This document shows positions 1 through 12,300 of a stretch of 64,000 bases of DNA, one piece after another. A program made the translations under genes and the position numbers. The DNA is from the human T2T-CHM13v2.0 reference genome, Homo sapiens. The first letter of the stretch is position 1. Every line of letters begins with the position of its first letter. The notes beneath the pieces are model-generated. The model was not told the origin of the DNA. It did not search any database and saw only the letters and a list, made by a program, of their open reading frames with translations. The DNA lies in NCBI RefSeq assembly GCF_009914755.1, contig NC_060931.1; one strand, given 5' to 3'.

Positions 1-1439
1 TGAGAAACCCCAGCATAAAGGGGTATATAATGCCAGACGGGAGCGGGTGGGAGCCCCTGGGAAGAGAAGGATGAAAGTAGAGGAAGCTGGTGGTCAGGTG
101 GGCATCCTGGCTTCTCCTCTACTGGTGATGGTCCCAAACAGGGGCTGTGGGATGATGGAGGAGCTGCAAGCTGAGGGCCTTGGCCCTACCCATGTGTCTT
201 GGGGGATAGTCCCTGTGTAGGCCGGCCCTGAGCTAGCATGTGGTCCTAGCAGTGTGGCTGAGCAGAGGAAGGATACCTGAATTAGTGTCTCTGAGCATGG
301 AGTAGAAGGGAGCCAGATTTCCCTGACATCCATGTCCTGAGCCAGTGTGTCAAGTGGAGGCCTTGGGGACCTGCTATGAGCCGGCTGCCGTGAGAGCGAG
401 GTGGCCTCAGCACCAAGCTGGCCTAGGCCAGGCTGGCAGAGGAGATGGCTGAGGCTCAGAAAGCAGGAGCCGAGGTGAGAAGGAAGCAGCAAGGGAGAAG
501 GCAGTGCCAGACCCCAAGGTTCCAGGTAAGATGTGGGCTGGGCAGGCCAGGCCCTGGCAGCACCACAGACAGGCAGACGAGGCACATGGCTGTGGGAGTC
601 CTGGGCCCTCCACCCCTGACTGTCACCAGGCTGCCCCTGGAGAACATCAGGGGGTTTGAGCATTCACCCCAAAGAGCCTGAATCACTCAGAGGAAGCTGT
701 TTGAACAGGGAGCCACTGTCAGCAGGCAATTTTGAGACTTTGTTCTCTCTTCACCATCCCCAGTGGGTAAAAACTGGATCAGCTACAGGAAATAGAGAAC
801 TACCTTTTCTTTGCATCCCCAAGCAGTGAGGTGTCAGATATTTGGCTTTGTAGCATCATCTGTCTGTATGCATAACATCAATCAGGAAACAGAGCAGGTC
901 CCATAAAATGGCAGCCCTACGTTGGGAACCTGGTGATCCTCTGTCTGGAAGCCGCCTGCAGAGGAGGGACTCTGATAGTTATGTTTGTTTCCAAGTCTTC
1001 CCATGCTGCTCAAGATGGCAAAGTTTTTCAGTAACCTTGTGTATCACTCCAGACATGGCAGCAGCCCACACATACCTGGAATTTAAATGCCATACTTCCT
1101 TGGGATCCAGTGTGCCAGAGACGCATGTCCTCACCTGACCACTGTGTTGGAGAGGTCCTTCCTCCTTTCAGGCTGGCCTCAGCAGGTGGCAGAGATCAGA
1201 GAGAGGCCACCAGCGGTGATCCAGACAGCCACGCCATGTCTCTCCCTGTTCCCACTCTCCCTGTCCTCTCAATGCCCAGGGCAGCCGGTGCTCCTACCTC
1301 CAGTTCCAGCTGTGGGGGGCTCCAGCTGTCTTTCTCTTGCCTTTGTTCCTGGAGCTTATCCTCCAACCTTCTTAAGAAGTATCTTCTCTCCTCAGGCACC
1401 CCCAACAGGCACTGTGTGTTTTTGCTTTGTTTTTAAATT

Positions 1440-1840
1440 AACATAGAGTAAGTTCGGCAGGCTTTTTTTCGGTCGACAGCTCTCACATTTGTCTGGATCA
1501 GTACACAGAACAGTTCCATTGCCCGAGCCCACACCAAATCCCTCATTTTGTCCCTTGGTAATCACACTGTCTTCCCACCCTAAACCCATCTGTTCTCTAT
1601 CACTATAGGTAGGTTTTCTTTGTGAGAATGCCCTATAATGGAATCATCATCTGTAACCTTTGAAAGTGGTCTCTTTTGCTCAGTACGAGGGCTGTGATTC
1701 ACCCAGGTCATTGTGTGTATCAGCAGTTGCCTCCTCTTTATTGCCAAGTGGTATTCTGTGGTGTGGATTCACTGCAGTTTGTTCGTCCATTCACCCACTA
1801 AAGGGCGTGTGGGTTTTTTCTAGTCTTTGGCGATTATCAG
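1440..1840 (-). mobile_element. Old L1M 3' UTR fragment
   Basis: Resembles L1M 3' UTR consensus (aatggaatcat..., ttcacccaggtcattgtgtgtatcag, tccattcaccc...tttggcgattat); boundaries approximate. Confidence 0.65.
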
Positions 1841-1894
1841 TGGAGCTCTTACCTTGCTTTTATCACTACTTGAAATTATCTCATTGACTTACAG

Positions 1895-2040
1895 GCGTAC
1901 TTGTTTATTATTTGTCGCCTGCTGTAATATAAGCTTCATGAGGGGCAGGAGCTTGTCTGTCTTCTTGGCCACCGTCCCCAGTGCCTAGAAGAATGCTAGG
2001 AATACCTTCAGCAGTGGCTGTTGAATAAGTTAAAGAATAA
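1895..2040 (+). mobile_element. L2 3' end
   Basis: taagcttcatgaggggcagg...ccccagtgcctagaa...gttgaataa matches the L2 terminus. Confidence 0.7.
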
Positions 2041-2235
2041 TAATTATTTGGCTCTTGTACCCATTTGAGCCAAAGACATTCTGGTGTTAAATATACAAGG
2101 GAGATAGAGTAGACTGTATGCCAAGCCCTCTGCCCGCTGCCAGAGCCAGGCCTTAGCTTTGCAGATATGCAGTAGCTTTGTCTGAGTTTAGCAGTGGTGG
2201 GTGCCATCAAGAAGATTATCTCCCAAGGTCATTAA

Positions 2236-2421
2236 TTTCATTTACTGAGCTTGGGCCAGGCACCTTATGTGGATTATCTCATGTATGCCTCACAACCACC
2301 ACTGCAGGTAGGTACTAATATCCCCATTCTATAGCTAGGAAAACCAAGGTTGAAAGAGGATAAGTTAGCTTGACCAGGGTCACACACCTATCAAGTGGTG
2401 GAGCTGGAATTCAGGCCCAGT
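2236..2421 (-). mobile_element. MIR SINE
   Basis: cctcacaacc...ccccattctatag..ggaaaaccaagg...cttgaccagggtcacac...ggagctggaattca matches the MIR core. Confidence 0.8.
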
Positions 2422-2439
2422 GTATTATTTTGAAGCCTG

Positions 2440-2795
2440 TGATATGGTTTGGCTGTGCCCCCACCCACATCTCATCTTGAATTGCCATAATCCCCACGTG
2501 TCAAGGGCAGGGCCAGGTGGAGATAACTGAATCACCGGGGCAGTTTTCCCCATACTGTTCTCGTGAGAGTGAATAAGTCTCATGAGATCTGAAGATTTTA
2601 TAAATGGGAGTTCCCCTGCACAAGCTCTCTTCTCTGCTGCCATGTAAGACATGACTTTGATCCTCATTTATCTTCTGCCAAGATTATGAGGCCTCCCTAG
2701 CCATATGGAACTGTGAGTCAATTAAACCTCTTTCCTTTATAAATTACTTCGTCTCAGGTATATCTTTATTAGCAGCATGAAAACAGACTAATACA
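2440..2795 (+). mobile_element. THE1 (THE1C-like) MaLR solo LTR with 5-bp TSD GCCTG
   Basis: Starts TGATATGGTTTGGCTGTG and ends CAGACTAATACA; GCCTG at 2435-2439 and 2796-2800. Confidence 0.92.
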
Positions 2796-2798
2796 GCC

Positions 2799-3193
2799 TG
2801 TATTAGTTTTCTCAGGCTGCCATAACACAGTACCACAGATTGAGTGGCTTAAACAACAGAAATTTATTTTCTCAACATTGTGGAGGCTGAATGACCATGA
2901 TCAAGGTAATGGCAGGACTGGTTTTTCCTGGGGCCTCTGGCTTGCAGACAGCCATCTTCTCTTTGTGTCCTCACATAGTTGTCCCTCTGTGTGTGTGTCC
3001 TAATATCCTCTTTTTATAAGGACATCAGTTATATGGATTAGAGTCCACCCCAATGACCTCATTTTAACTTAATTGATGATTTAAATAGGATCTTTAAAGA
3101 CCTATTTCCAAACAAGGCCACATTCTGAAATATCGAGGGTTAAGACTTCAGCATATGAATTTGGGAAGCACATAATTCAGCCAGCCCACAACA
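2799..3193 (-). mobile_element. MLT1 (A/B/C type) MaLR solo LTR
   Basis: tgtattagttt...gctgccataac..agtaccacaga..gtggcttaaacaacagaaatttatt...catatgaatttggg; TG...CA termini. Confidence 0.85.
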
Positions 3194-4325
3194 GTGCCTC
3201 TTTGGAATGATCTTTTACCACTTGTAAATGGAAATAATTAGAGCTCTCTATGAAACTTGTGAACCCTGTCCTTATGGTTTTGCAGCTGGTTATGGAATCA
3301 CATTGAAAAATAGTAGCCCAGGGAGGCTAGTTTGCTAATTACTACAGGAACATAGGACTGCATACTAAAAACAAAAAATAAGTAGGAAGCACTTGGAAAC
3401 CAGTTGCAGGTCATCTCTCAGCAGCCACCTGTCCTCGGGACCTATATGAATTCCCCACTGAACCTTGGATGCTCACATGCATGGCGTTTGTTCCTTGGGA
3501 ACGTTCCAGAGCAGGGTCCAATCTCACTCATCTGTGTTAACTACCTAGCACGGTACAATGATGCACAGTGTTTGCTTGTAAAAAGCTTGTTAAGCTGCAT
3601 TTATGTATGAAGATTTTTGTTGCAAAGCCATTTGGAGGAGGAGAAGATGTGCTTCGAATTGCTTTCTTAATTAAAAATTTTCCCTAAAAATTGAGCTAAA
3701 CGTTACTTCCCCCTTCCCTTTGGTCACTAGAGACCTCCTCTGTCAGAGAACCAACAATGTCTTTTTTACTCTGACAATAGTTTGCTCTCAAGTTACTGAA
3801 GCAGTAACTTAGACATGCCTATCCATGGGAAGCCTGCTAATTTGTGCCTGAGCAAATTTTTGCAGACTAAGGATGGCTTGCAGCTGGTGGTAGGAAAGCT
3901 GATCCATAATGGCCAACTTTTAGTTTTCCCTGTGGTCCAGGTATGTTCTGTAAATAGGACTTGGTGCTAGGTATATGAGCCAAGGACTGAGAACCAGGAA
4001 CCTATTGGTGGCTATGACCACCCTGTGGCTATTGTGCAGAACCCTACCTTACATGAGGCATCAAAGCATTGGCATCCCTGCCTCAACCTCCCTCATGCCC
4101 TTAGATTAGCTTGTGTGGCTTCGTACCTTTGCCAGCATCACATCCCAAGAGGCTTTTTTTTCTTTTTCAAAAAATATCAGACGGTGCTTAAAACTGTAGC
4201 TTTTGGTACTTTCAGTGATCTTGACATATTGAAGAAATCTGATTACTTTTTCTTTTTGTTCTTTTCATGGCATCTGCATTTTTTTGCTGTTTCCTGAGTG
4301 CAGTGTCCATTTTGTTATTAGCCAA

Positions 4326-5080
4326 TGTATCAGTCAAGGTTCAAGCAGAAAAGAGAAAACTGGTTAAGTTTAATATGATTAATTATTACTATAAAAAGGC
4401 ATTAGAGTAATGGTGGATTGGTTATCAACAGTGAAGAGATCTCTAAAGAATGCAGCAATGGCGGATACAGGGAATAACTCTTGCCCCTAGAGCTGGGGCA
4501 GAGAACCCAAGGAAGAAACAGAACTACAAGTGACTTCCCCATCCAGGCTTGAAATCCAGACCCTACTGAAGTTAGCACAACCATGGCCCTTAGTATGGCA
4601 GAGAAAATCACTGAGGTGAGTGGTAATTGCCATGAATCTGCACTCTAGGGTATCTGGAGAAGTTCTACACTTTTCAAATCTGCAAGGCTATAAAAGGGCA
4701 TACCTGAGGAAGTCATCTAGGTGGACATGCCACACCTGCAGAAATCCCTGGGACACCACTCTTTGGGATGCCATGGATGTTGCCTATGAGAAGGTGCCAT
4801 GTGCTGCTGGTTATGCGCATTGCAGGAGCTGAGGTTTAGAGAAGCTAGATGTGGGGGAATCCAGGAGCTTGCTCCATGGGAGCCTTTTGGAAGCAGCACA
4901 CTGGAATCTGGAAGAGAAAATCCCTCTTCCTTCACTGTCCCTCCAGAGCCCTCTTCTGGCAAAGCTTAACAGTGTATCAACTGGCAAGGGAGAATGTCTA
5001 AAAGGCCCAACTTTATTATTGCAGAACAGGCAATGAAGGGTGAATTTCAAGTTGTGAGAAGGTAAATTAATAACTAGCCG
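4326..5080. mobile_element. Ancient solo-LTR-like element (family uncertain, possibly LTR41/LTR50-like ERVL)
   Basis: Begins tgtatcagtcaaggttcaa; 3' part ccagagccctcttctggcaaagcttaac...gcaatgaagggtgaattt resembles an old eutherian LTR I recall. Family assignment is inference. Confidence 0.45.
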
Positions 5081-5239
5081 GCTGTAAATTGGTTTCTTTG
5101 TTTTAGACTATTGAAGTACAAAGAGTTTCCATAAAGCACATGAGTTCTTAAATGTAAGTTTTAATTTATCAAACATATATTGAGTAGAGGGAAGAATTAC
5201 TTGCTCTAATCCTGACACCGCTAAGAGCTAATGTTGGTT

Positions 5240-5400
5240 GCAAACCTCATTTATGCCTTATACCTACAATAGGGGTTGGCAATTGTCATACACGTTTTGC
5301 AGGTAAAGAAAGTGAGTCTTAGGGGTAAGTAACCTTATCAAAAGCTGTCAACAGGAGGCAGAGATGGGATTTGAAACAAAGTCTGTTTAACTCTAAGGCC
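5240..5400 (-). mobile_element. MIR SINE fragment
   Basis: gttttgcaggtaaagaaagtgag...aagtaacct...ggcagagatgggatttgaa. Confidence 0.65.
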
Positions 5401-5803
5401 AATGTTTTATTTTTTCTGTTATATTTTACTGTATTCTCCAAGTAGAAATTCACATGTGAGTATATCTATTTCTGCCTCAGAGGAACTGCTTGTGGTATGA
5501 AGGAGATGTGGAGTCCCAGTGACAAGGGCATGGGGAAGACTGCTTCCTATGGAAGGAGCTGGCCTTAAGCTGCCAAATTGGAATATCGGGTTATGATGGG
5601 CAGAGATCAGCTCTCAGTCTCATCTATCTGGTATAGTGGATTCTGATTGGATCTGGAGCAACAGAGCAGGACAGATAGAGAGTTTTACATTTGCTCATAG
5701 TTCCAGAACTCTAACACCAATAATTTCACTGTTTTAAATGCAGATTGAATCACTCTTTATTGAGCACTTACTTCTGTAAGGTTAGAGGAACCATCATGTT
5801 CAC

Positions 5804-6201
5804 TGTATTAGTCCGTCCTCACACTGCTATGAAGAAATATGGGAAACTGGGTAATTTATAAAGGAAAGAGGTTTAATTGACTCACAGTTTCACATGGCTG
5901 GGGAGGCCTCAGGAAACTTACAATCATATTGGAAGGTACCTTTTCACAGGGCAGCAGGAGAGAATGAGAAATGAACAAAGGGAGAAGTCCCTTATAAAAC
6001 CATCAGATTTCGTAAGAACTTACTCACTATCACAAGAATAGCATGGGGAAACTGCCCCCGTTATTTAATTACCTCCCACCATGTTCCTCTCATGACACGT
6101 GGGGATTAGGGGAAGTACAATTCAAGATGAGATTTGGGTGGGGATTATGGGAAGTACAATTCAAGATGAGATTTGGTTGGGGACACAGCAAAACCATATC
6201 A
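5804..6201 (-). mobile_element. THE1/MST MaLR solo LTR interrupting a MIR (5755-5803 and 6202-6380)
   Basis: tgtattagtccgt...aaggaaagaggtttaattgactcacagtt...aaccatatca; carries an internal 39-bp tandem duplication. Confidence 0.88.
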
Positions 6202-7399
6202 GACGCTTTCCCAAGTCCTCCCTCATTTACTTCTCACAAGAACCCCAGGGAGTAGACATTGTTAAATCCATTTTATAGATTAAAAAAGTAGTAAGAATTG
6301 TGAATGTTTATATTCCCAAGTTTATTAGATGATAAACAGAAGCTCATGGCTTGAATCCAAATTTGGCAGACTCTGCAGCCAATTTATTTTCATTGGCCAT
6401 ATTTACAGTATTAGTTATAAAATAATAAGGATCCTGTATACTAAAGCTTCTTTCACTATCATCAGTTTGGGATACTGGGTACCTAATTTACCTCATTTTA
6501 AAAAATAACTTTGTGTAGCAATGCATGGCATTTCACCCATCCCCAGAATCCTGACTGCCTTCACCTTTGGGAGGATGAGAATGAAGTAATACAGTTTAAA
6601 GATATTTATTTGTTTGTAAGCAGTAGAGATGGGAAACAGCTTGGCCATCAACACAGAATTTGGTGAATCAGATATAGACTGATCTTCAGGAGAATATCAG
6701 GCAAAGTGAAGAATAAGCACAGGCTATTGCTAGTGTTGTCATTAAACGGACACAAAGCCTGATAACTAACTTCCATAGAAATAAAAATTCTTGGTTCCAT
6801 GATAATTATTAAAGGTGAAAAATGCCAGTGAAGTGGAAGCTGCCCAAGCCTGGAGTCTACATAAACTTGTACGGGCTGGAAGTGCACAGGCTCTGCACAT
6901 ATGTAGGGCTATTTACATGTGCAGAGCAATGGGGAAGGGCACTGGTGGGACCTTTAGGCAGGTCAAGGTCTTTCCCAGGGAGCCCTACAGAGAGAACAAA
7001 ATCCATTGCAATCCACTTTCTGACTGTAGGCATCAAATCAGTTATTGGAAAGCAAGTTGTCCGTGGTTTGGTGAGGCTCTCAGATGGGTGAAAGTGGCCA
7101 ATATGGAACATTTTATCAAAACTCAGCAAAGTTGCCCAGAGTAGAAGTAATTACATTTTACAAGTGGCCTTGTTTGATATAACCTCCTATAAAATAGCAG
7201 TTCTCTAAGACAGCAGTATCAGTAGAACTGTGAATGTACTTTTTCTGTGAGACTAGATAATATCCAAACCCTCAGATGAGCATAGATGTTGCTCTTTTAC
7301 TGACCTTGGATACCTGCAATTTTCCATCATTCGTTTTCCTGTCTGCTTGGAAATGGTGGTCTATTTGATATAATCTTAATTAATTTATTAGTGAAATAG

Positions 7400-8030
7400 C
7401 ACATTAGAACATGAGGAAAAATTATAAACATATAGTTCAAAAAATAATAAAAAAACCCAAGATGTATTTTAAACAAATGAAAAGATGCTCAAACTTAATA
7501 GTAAGAGAAATGCAAATCCCCAAAATGAGATATCCACAAATGAGATATCATATCAAAATGCTAAAGGCTCACAATTTGATATATTTTGTTGTTTGGAGGT
7601 ATTAGGAGAGAGTCACTCTCATGCATTGCTGTTGGGAGTGTATTCGTGTGAAGTCTTTGAGGCCATGTTGGGAATATCTATCAATACTACAAAGACAGCT
7701 ATTCGCACATGCAAACAAGGATATTTATTGTGCCATTGTTTGTAAGCAGTAGAGATGGGAAACAGAGACTGGACATCAATACAGAATTAATTGAATCAGA
7801 TACAGACTGATCTTCAAGAGAATTTCAGGCAAAGAAAGAACGTGGATAGTATGAGTGAAGAAAAACAGAATACCAACATAATGCATCTGTTTTTGTAAAC
7901 ATATAGATAAACTCAGGGGGTCCACATTGAAGAACCAATAACGATGCTTCTTCTGCATTTGAAACTGGGCTTCTAGGGGACAGAGTAGAACCCTTTTGAA
8001 GGCTTGGAATTTGGTACAGTGCGAAAAGTG
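7400..8030 (+). mobile_element. Old L1M(E) fragment: ORF2 C-terminus and 3' UTR
   Basis: Translates KQMKRCSNLIVREMQIPKMRY, resembling L1 ORF2 KHMKRCSTSLIIREMQIKTTMRY. Confidence 0.7.
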
Positions 8031-8255
8031 TATACAAGATAAAATCCCAGGAAGTCTTTTAAGCTAGTTATTTCATGTTCTATTGAATTTGTGTGCTATA
8101 TTGAGGACATAGGGCATTATAATTGAGTGTTAGCATCCTAGGGGGCTGGCTGTGTGCCCTCTAAATGCCCTGTCTAGCCATGTCCTCTGTATGGGAAGGT
8201 CAGGGCACAAGTCCCTTTTGTTTCAGGGGCAACAGACCAGCCTTTCTCTTTTCCT

Positions 8256-9538
8256 CCCATCCGTCCATCCATCCATCCATCCATTTATCTATTCATCCAT
8301 CCACACATCCATCCATCTGTCCATCCATCCATCCATCCATGCATCCATCCATCTACTCTTGCATCCATCTATCCATTTATCTATCCATAAAATCATTCAT
8401 TTATCTGTCCATCCAACCATCCATCCATCCATTCATCCATCCATCCACACATCTATCTGTCCATTCATCTATGCAATCATCCACCCGTCTATCCACCCAT
8501 CCACCCATTCATTCATCCACACATCTATTCATTCATCCATCTATCCATGCATCCATCCATCCACACATTTGTCTCTTCATTCATCTATCCATCCATCCAC
8601 CCACCTATCCACCCATTCATTCATCCACACATCTATTCATCCATCCATCTAGCCTTCTATCCATCCATCTATCCATCTATGCATCCATTCATCTATCCAT
8701 CCATCCATTTATCTATTCATCCATTGATCTATTTATCCATCCATCCATCCATCCATCCATCCATCCATCCATTCATCCATCCATCTATCCATCCATTCAT
8801 CCATTAATTTATCTATCCATCCACACATCCATCCATCCATTCATCTATTTGTTTATCTCTCTGTCTGTCCATCCATCCGTCCATTAATCTATCAATCCAT
8901 TCATCCATTTATCTATTCATCCATTCACATATCCATCCATTCATCCATGTATTCATTCATCCATCCATCCACACATCTATCTGTCCATTCATCTATCCAT
9001 TCATCCATCCATCTACCCATACACCCATTCAGTCATCCACACATCCATCCATCCATCCACCCATCCATCCATCCATTCATCCATCCATCCAAATCTATCT
9101 ATCCATCCATTCATTTATCTATTCAACTATCCACACACCCATCTATTCATCTATTCATTCATCTGTTTGTCCATCCATCCGTCCATCCATCCATCCATCC
9201 ATCCATCCATCCATCCATCCATATATCCATCTATCCATTTATCCATTTAAATCCATCCACACATCCATCCATCCATCCATCCATTCATTCATGCATCTAT
9301 TCATCCATCCATCCATCCATCCATTCATCTATCTGTCCATCCATCCATCCATCTATTCATTCATTCAACCATCGATTCATCTATCTATCCATTCATCCAT
9401 CAATCCATTCATCCATTTATCTATTCATCCATTGACACATCCATCCATCCATCCATCCATCCATCCATCCATCCATCCATCTATACATTAATCCATTTAT
9501 TCATCTATCCTCCCAACCATTCATTCATCCATTTATCC
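8256..9538 (+). repeat. ~1.3 kb degenerate (TCCA)n/(TCTA)n/(TTCA)n tetranucleotide array with higher-order blocks
   Basis: Directly visible; the + strand is strongly G-depleted. Confidence 0.98.
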
Positions 9539-10084
9539 AAGATGGGGAGAAAGCAGGCTCTTATTAGTATGAAGTGCATTGAGGGGAATCGGGGGATGCT
9601 GTATCCGTGGGTTTTTCCCTTCCTGATTTTGGCCAAGTGAAAAAGAAATATTTTTCTTTTATCTACTCTGAATATGTCTACTTGTTTCCTTTTCAAATCT
9701 TCAAATTCCTCTGCCCCATTCCCCTTTGATGCAATAAGAAAAAGGTCTGAATAAGGAGGGAAGAGGGTGATATAACTAAGAAAATAATTGATATAACAAA
9801 AAATAATGAATACAACAGAACAAATAAACCCAGAGCTAATATCTTGTGCTATGACCTAGTCACATTCTTTTAATATTTTCCTCTATCTTAAAAGAAAGAA
9901 TAGCTGCAAGTAAGAGAGGAATAAATCATTTTCTAAAATTAAAAGTTAGTAGGTGGTGTATAAATGAAACCAAAGCCCAAGACATTTCTCCTAATTAAAT
10001 AAAATGGAAATAAGACTTTAATCACAGGATATCTGAAAATCCTGACACACTTTTAGTTGGGATTATCAGCTCTGAGCCTCATTA

Positions 10085-12300
10085 GTTCCCTATAATCTTC
10101 TGAAGGTGATTAATTAAACAATATGATTATGAATTCATAGATTTAAACGTGTTAAATGTATTTCAGTCCATTGCTGTTTTTATTTATTTTTCTTGATGCT
10201 CAAATGATCCCAACTGTGGTCAGTGGGCACCTCTTCATTTAGAATTCCATGTTCTTTTAAAAATTAACTTTTTAATTTGGAGGCAGTTGTAGATTTACAT
10301 GCATTTGTAAGAAAAAACATGGAAAGATCGGTGTACCCTTCACTGGGTTTCCTAATGGTAACATCTCATGACACTACCTATAATGCAGTATCACAAACAG
10401 TATTCTGCCATTGATACAGTTCACTTGTCTTCCAATTTCCCATTTTACTGTGTGTGTGCGTGTGTGTATTTAGTTTTATGCAGGCTTAGCACCTGTGTAG
10501 GTTTGTGTATTCATCGCCAGCACTGAAGCAGAACAACCATATCACAGCAGGGTCTCTTGCTTTACCTTTCATAACCACAGCCATTAATTCCTACACCACT
10601 CCCCCGCAAGTCCCTGACCCCTGCCAGCCACCAATCAGGTCTTCATTTCTATAATTTTGTCATTTCTAGATTGTTGTATACATGGAATTATACAGCATGT
10701 AACCATTTGGGATTGACTTTTTAAACTTAGCATAATTCCCTAGAGTAGTATCCATATTGTGCAGATATCAGGAGTTCATTCATTTTTATTGCTGAATAAC
10801 ATTCCCTGGTATGCATGGTCCACAGTTTCTTTAACCATTTACACATTGTGGGACATCTGGGTTGTTTCCAGCTTTTGGCTATTGTGTCTTCTGTTTCTCT
10901 TTTCTTGCCTTCCTGTGGATTACTTAAACATTGTTGAGCATCCTCACCCTAAGACATGATTTTAGGATACCCATTCTAAAAAATAATTTATTGATACTGT
11001 CTTTGAGTGTATCTTTTTGCATGATGTTCTTACAAAGAACGTCTGGCTCTAGATATTACAATACAGACATACACACGTGGCTTACCACAGTTCATTGGCA
11101 TTGAGATTTTACCACTTCAAACCAGGTATGGAAATCCACTTCGACTTAGGTCCCTTTACCTTCTCTGCTTTTAAATATCATCATCTTGACTATCAGAAGG
11201 TGTTATGATTTATGTTTTAATCATCAAATACATTTCATAAAACTCATGGAAAACAGTATGGTCTGTTGTATTCACCCACATTTCTGCTCTGTTGTTTTTT
11301 TCTTCCTTCCAAATGCTCCAAGATTCCGTTTCATATTTTCATTTTTTAAAGTTTTTCTTCATCTGAGAATGTCTTTATTTTATCTTCATTCCTAAAAGAT
11401 ATTTACATTAGATTCAGAATTCACAATGACAATTCTTTTCTTACGTCGTGATAAATGTTAGGCTACTTTCTTCTGGCTCCCAGGGTTTCAGATGAGAGAT
11501 TTGCTAACCTTTGAGTGGGTGTTCCCTAGAGGTAACATGTTATGGTTCTCTGGCTGCTTTAAAGCTTTTACTGTGTTCAGATTTTAGAAGTTTAATTATG
11601 GTGTGGTTTAATGTAGATTTCTCTCAGTTTATCATATTGAGTGTTTGCTAAGCTTCCTGAGTCTGTAGGTTTTTGTATTTCTACAATTTTAGGAAGTTTT
11701 TCAGCCATTGTTTCCTCTCATACTCTTTCAGTTCCACTCAGTTTCTCCTCTCTTTCAGAGACTCTAATGACACCAGTATCAAAATTTTTATTATTGTCCT
11801 ATAGGTACTTGAGGCTCTGTTCACTTTCCTATCAATCTCCTTTCTCCCTGTTGCACAGATTGGGTACCACACATTGATCAGCTGTCAGGTTCAGTGGTTC
11901 TCTCCTCTGCCATCTCCATTCTTCTACTGAGACCATCTAGTGAGTTCTTGTATTTGCGTTATTGCATTGTCCATTTCTGGAGAATCCATGTGGTTCTTTT
12001 TTATAATTTCTTTTTATTCATTGAGATTTTCTGCTATTTTGTTTGCTTCAAGACAATTTGTAATTGCTTGTTGAAGCATTTTTTAAATGATGGGTGCTTT
12101 AAAACACTAGCCAGGTTATTCCAATATCTGATGTGTCTCAATATTGGCATCAATTGATTGCTTTTCTTAATTCTAGTTGTCTTTTCTTTGGTTATTTTTA
12201 TAATGGGTGGTTTTCAATTGTATCATGGGTATTCTAAGCAATATAATAGGAGACTTTGAGCCCTATGTAAAAATCTTTTATTTTTGTGGGTAGTCATTCT
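10085..12300 (-). mobile_element. Old L1MC-type fragments (3' end ~10255-10885 plus internal pieces)
   Basis: tagatttacatgcatttgtaagaaaa...gtacccttcac...aatggtaacatct matches an L1MC 3' end; T-rich L1 antisense sequence follows. Boundaries approximate. Confidence 0.7.

Noticed and set aside
94-663. 189-aa minus-strand ORF and overlapping ORFs
   Set aside because: GC-rich, stop-poor sequence that is open in several frames, with no recognisable domain or codon signature.
8152-9491. His/Pro/Ser/Ile-rich ORFs up to 240 aa
   Set aside because: Translations of the (TCCA)n array, which lacks stop codons.
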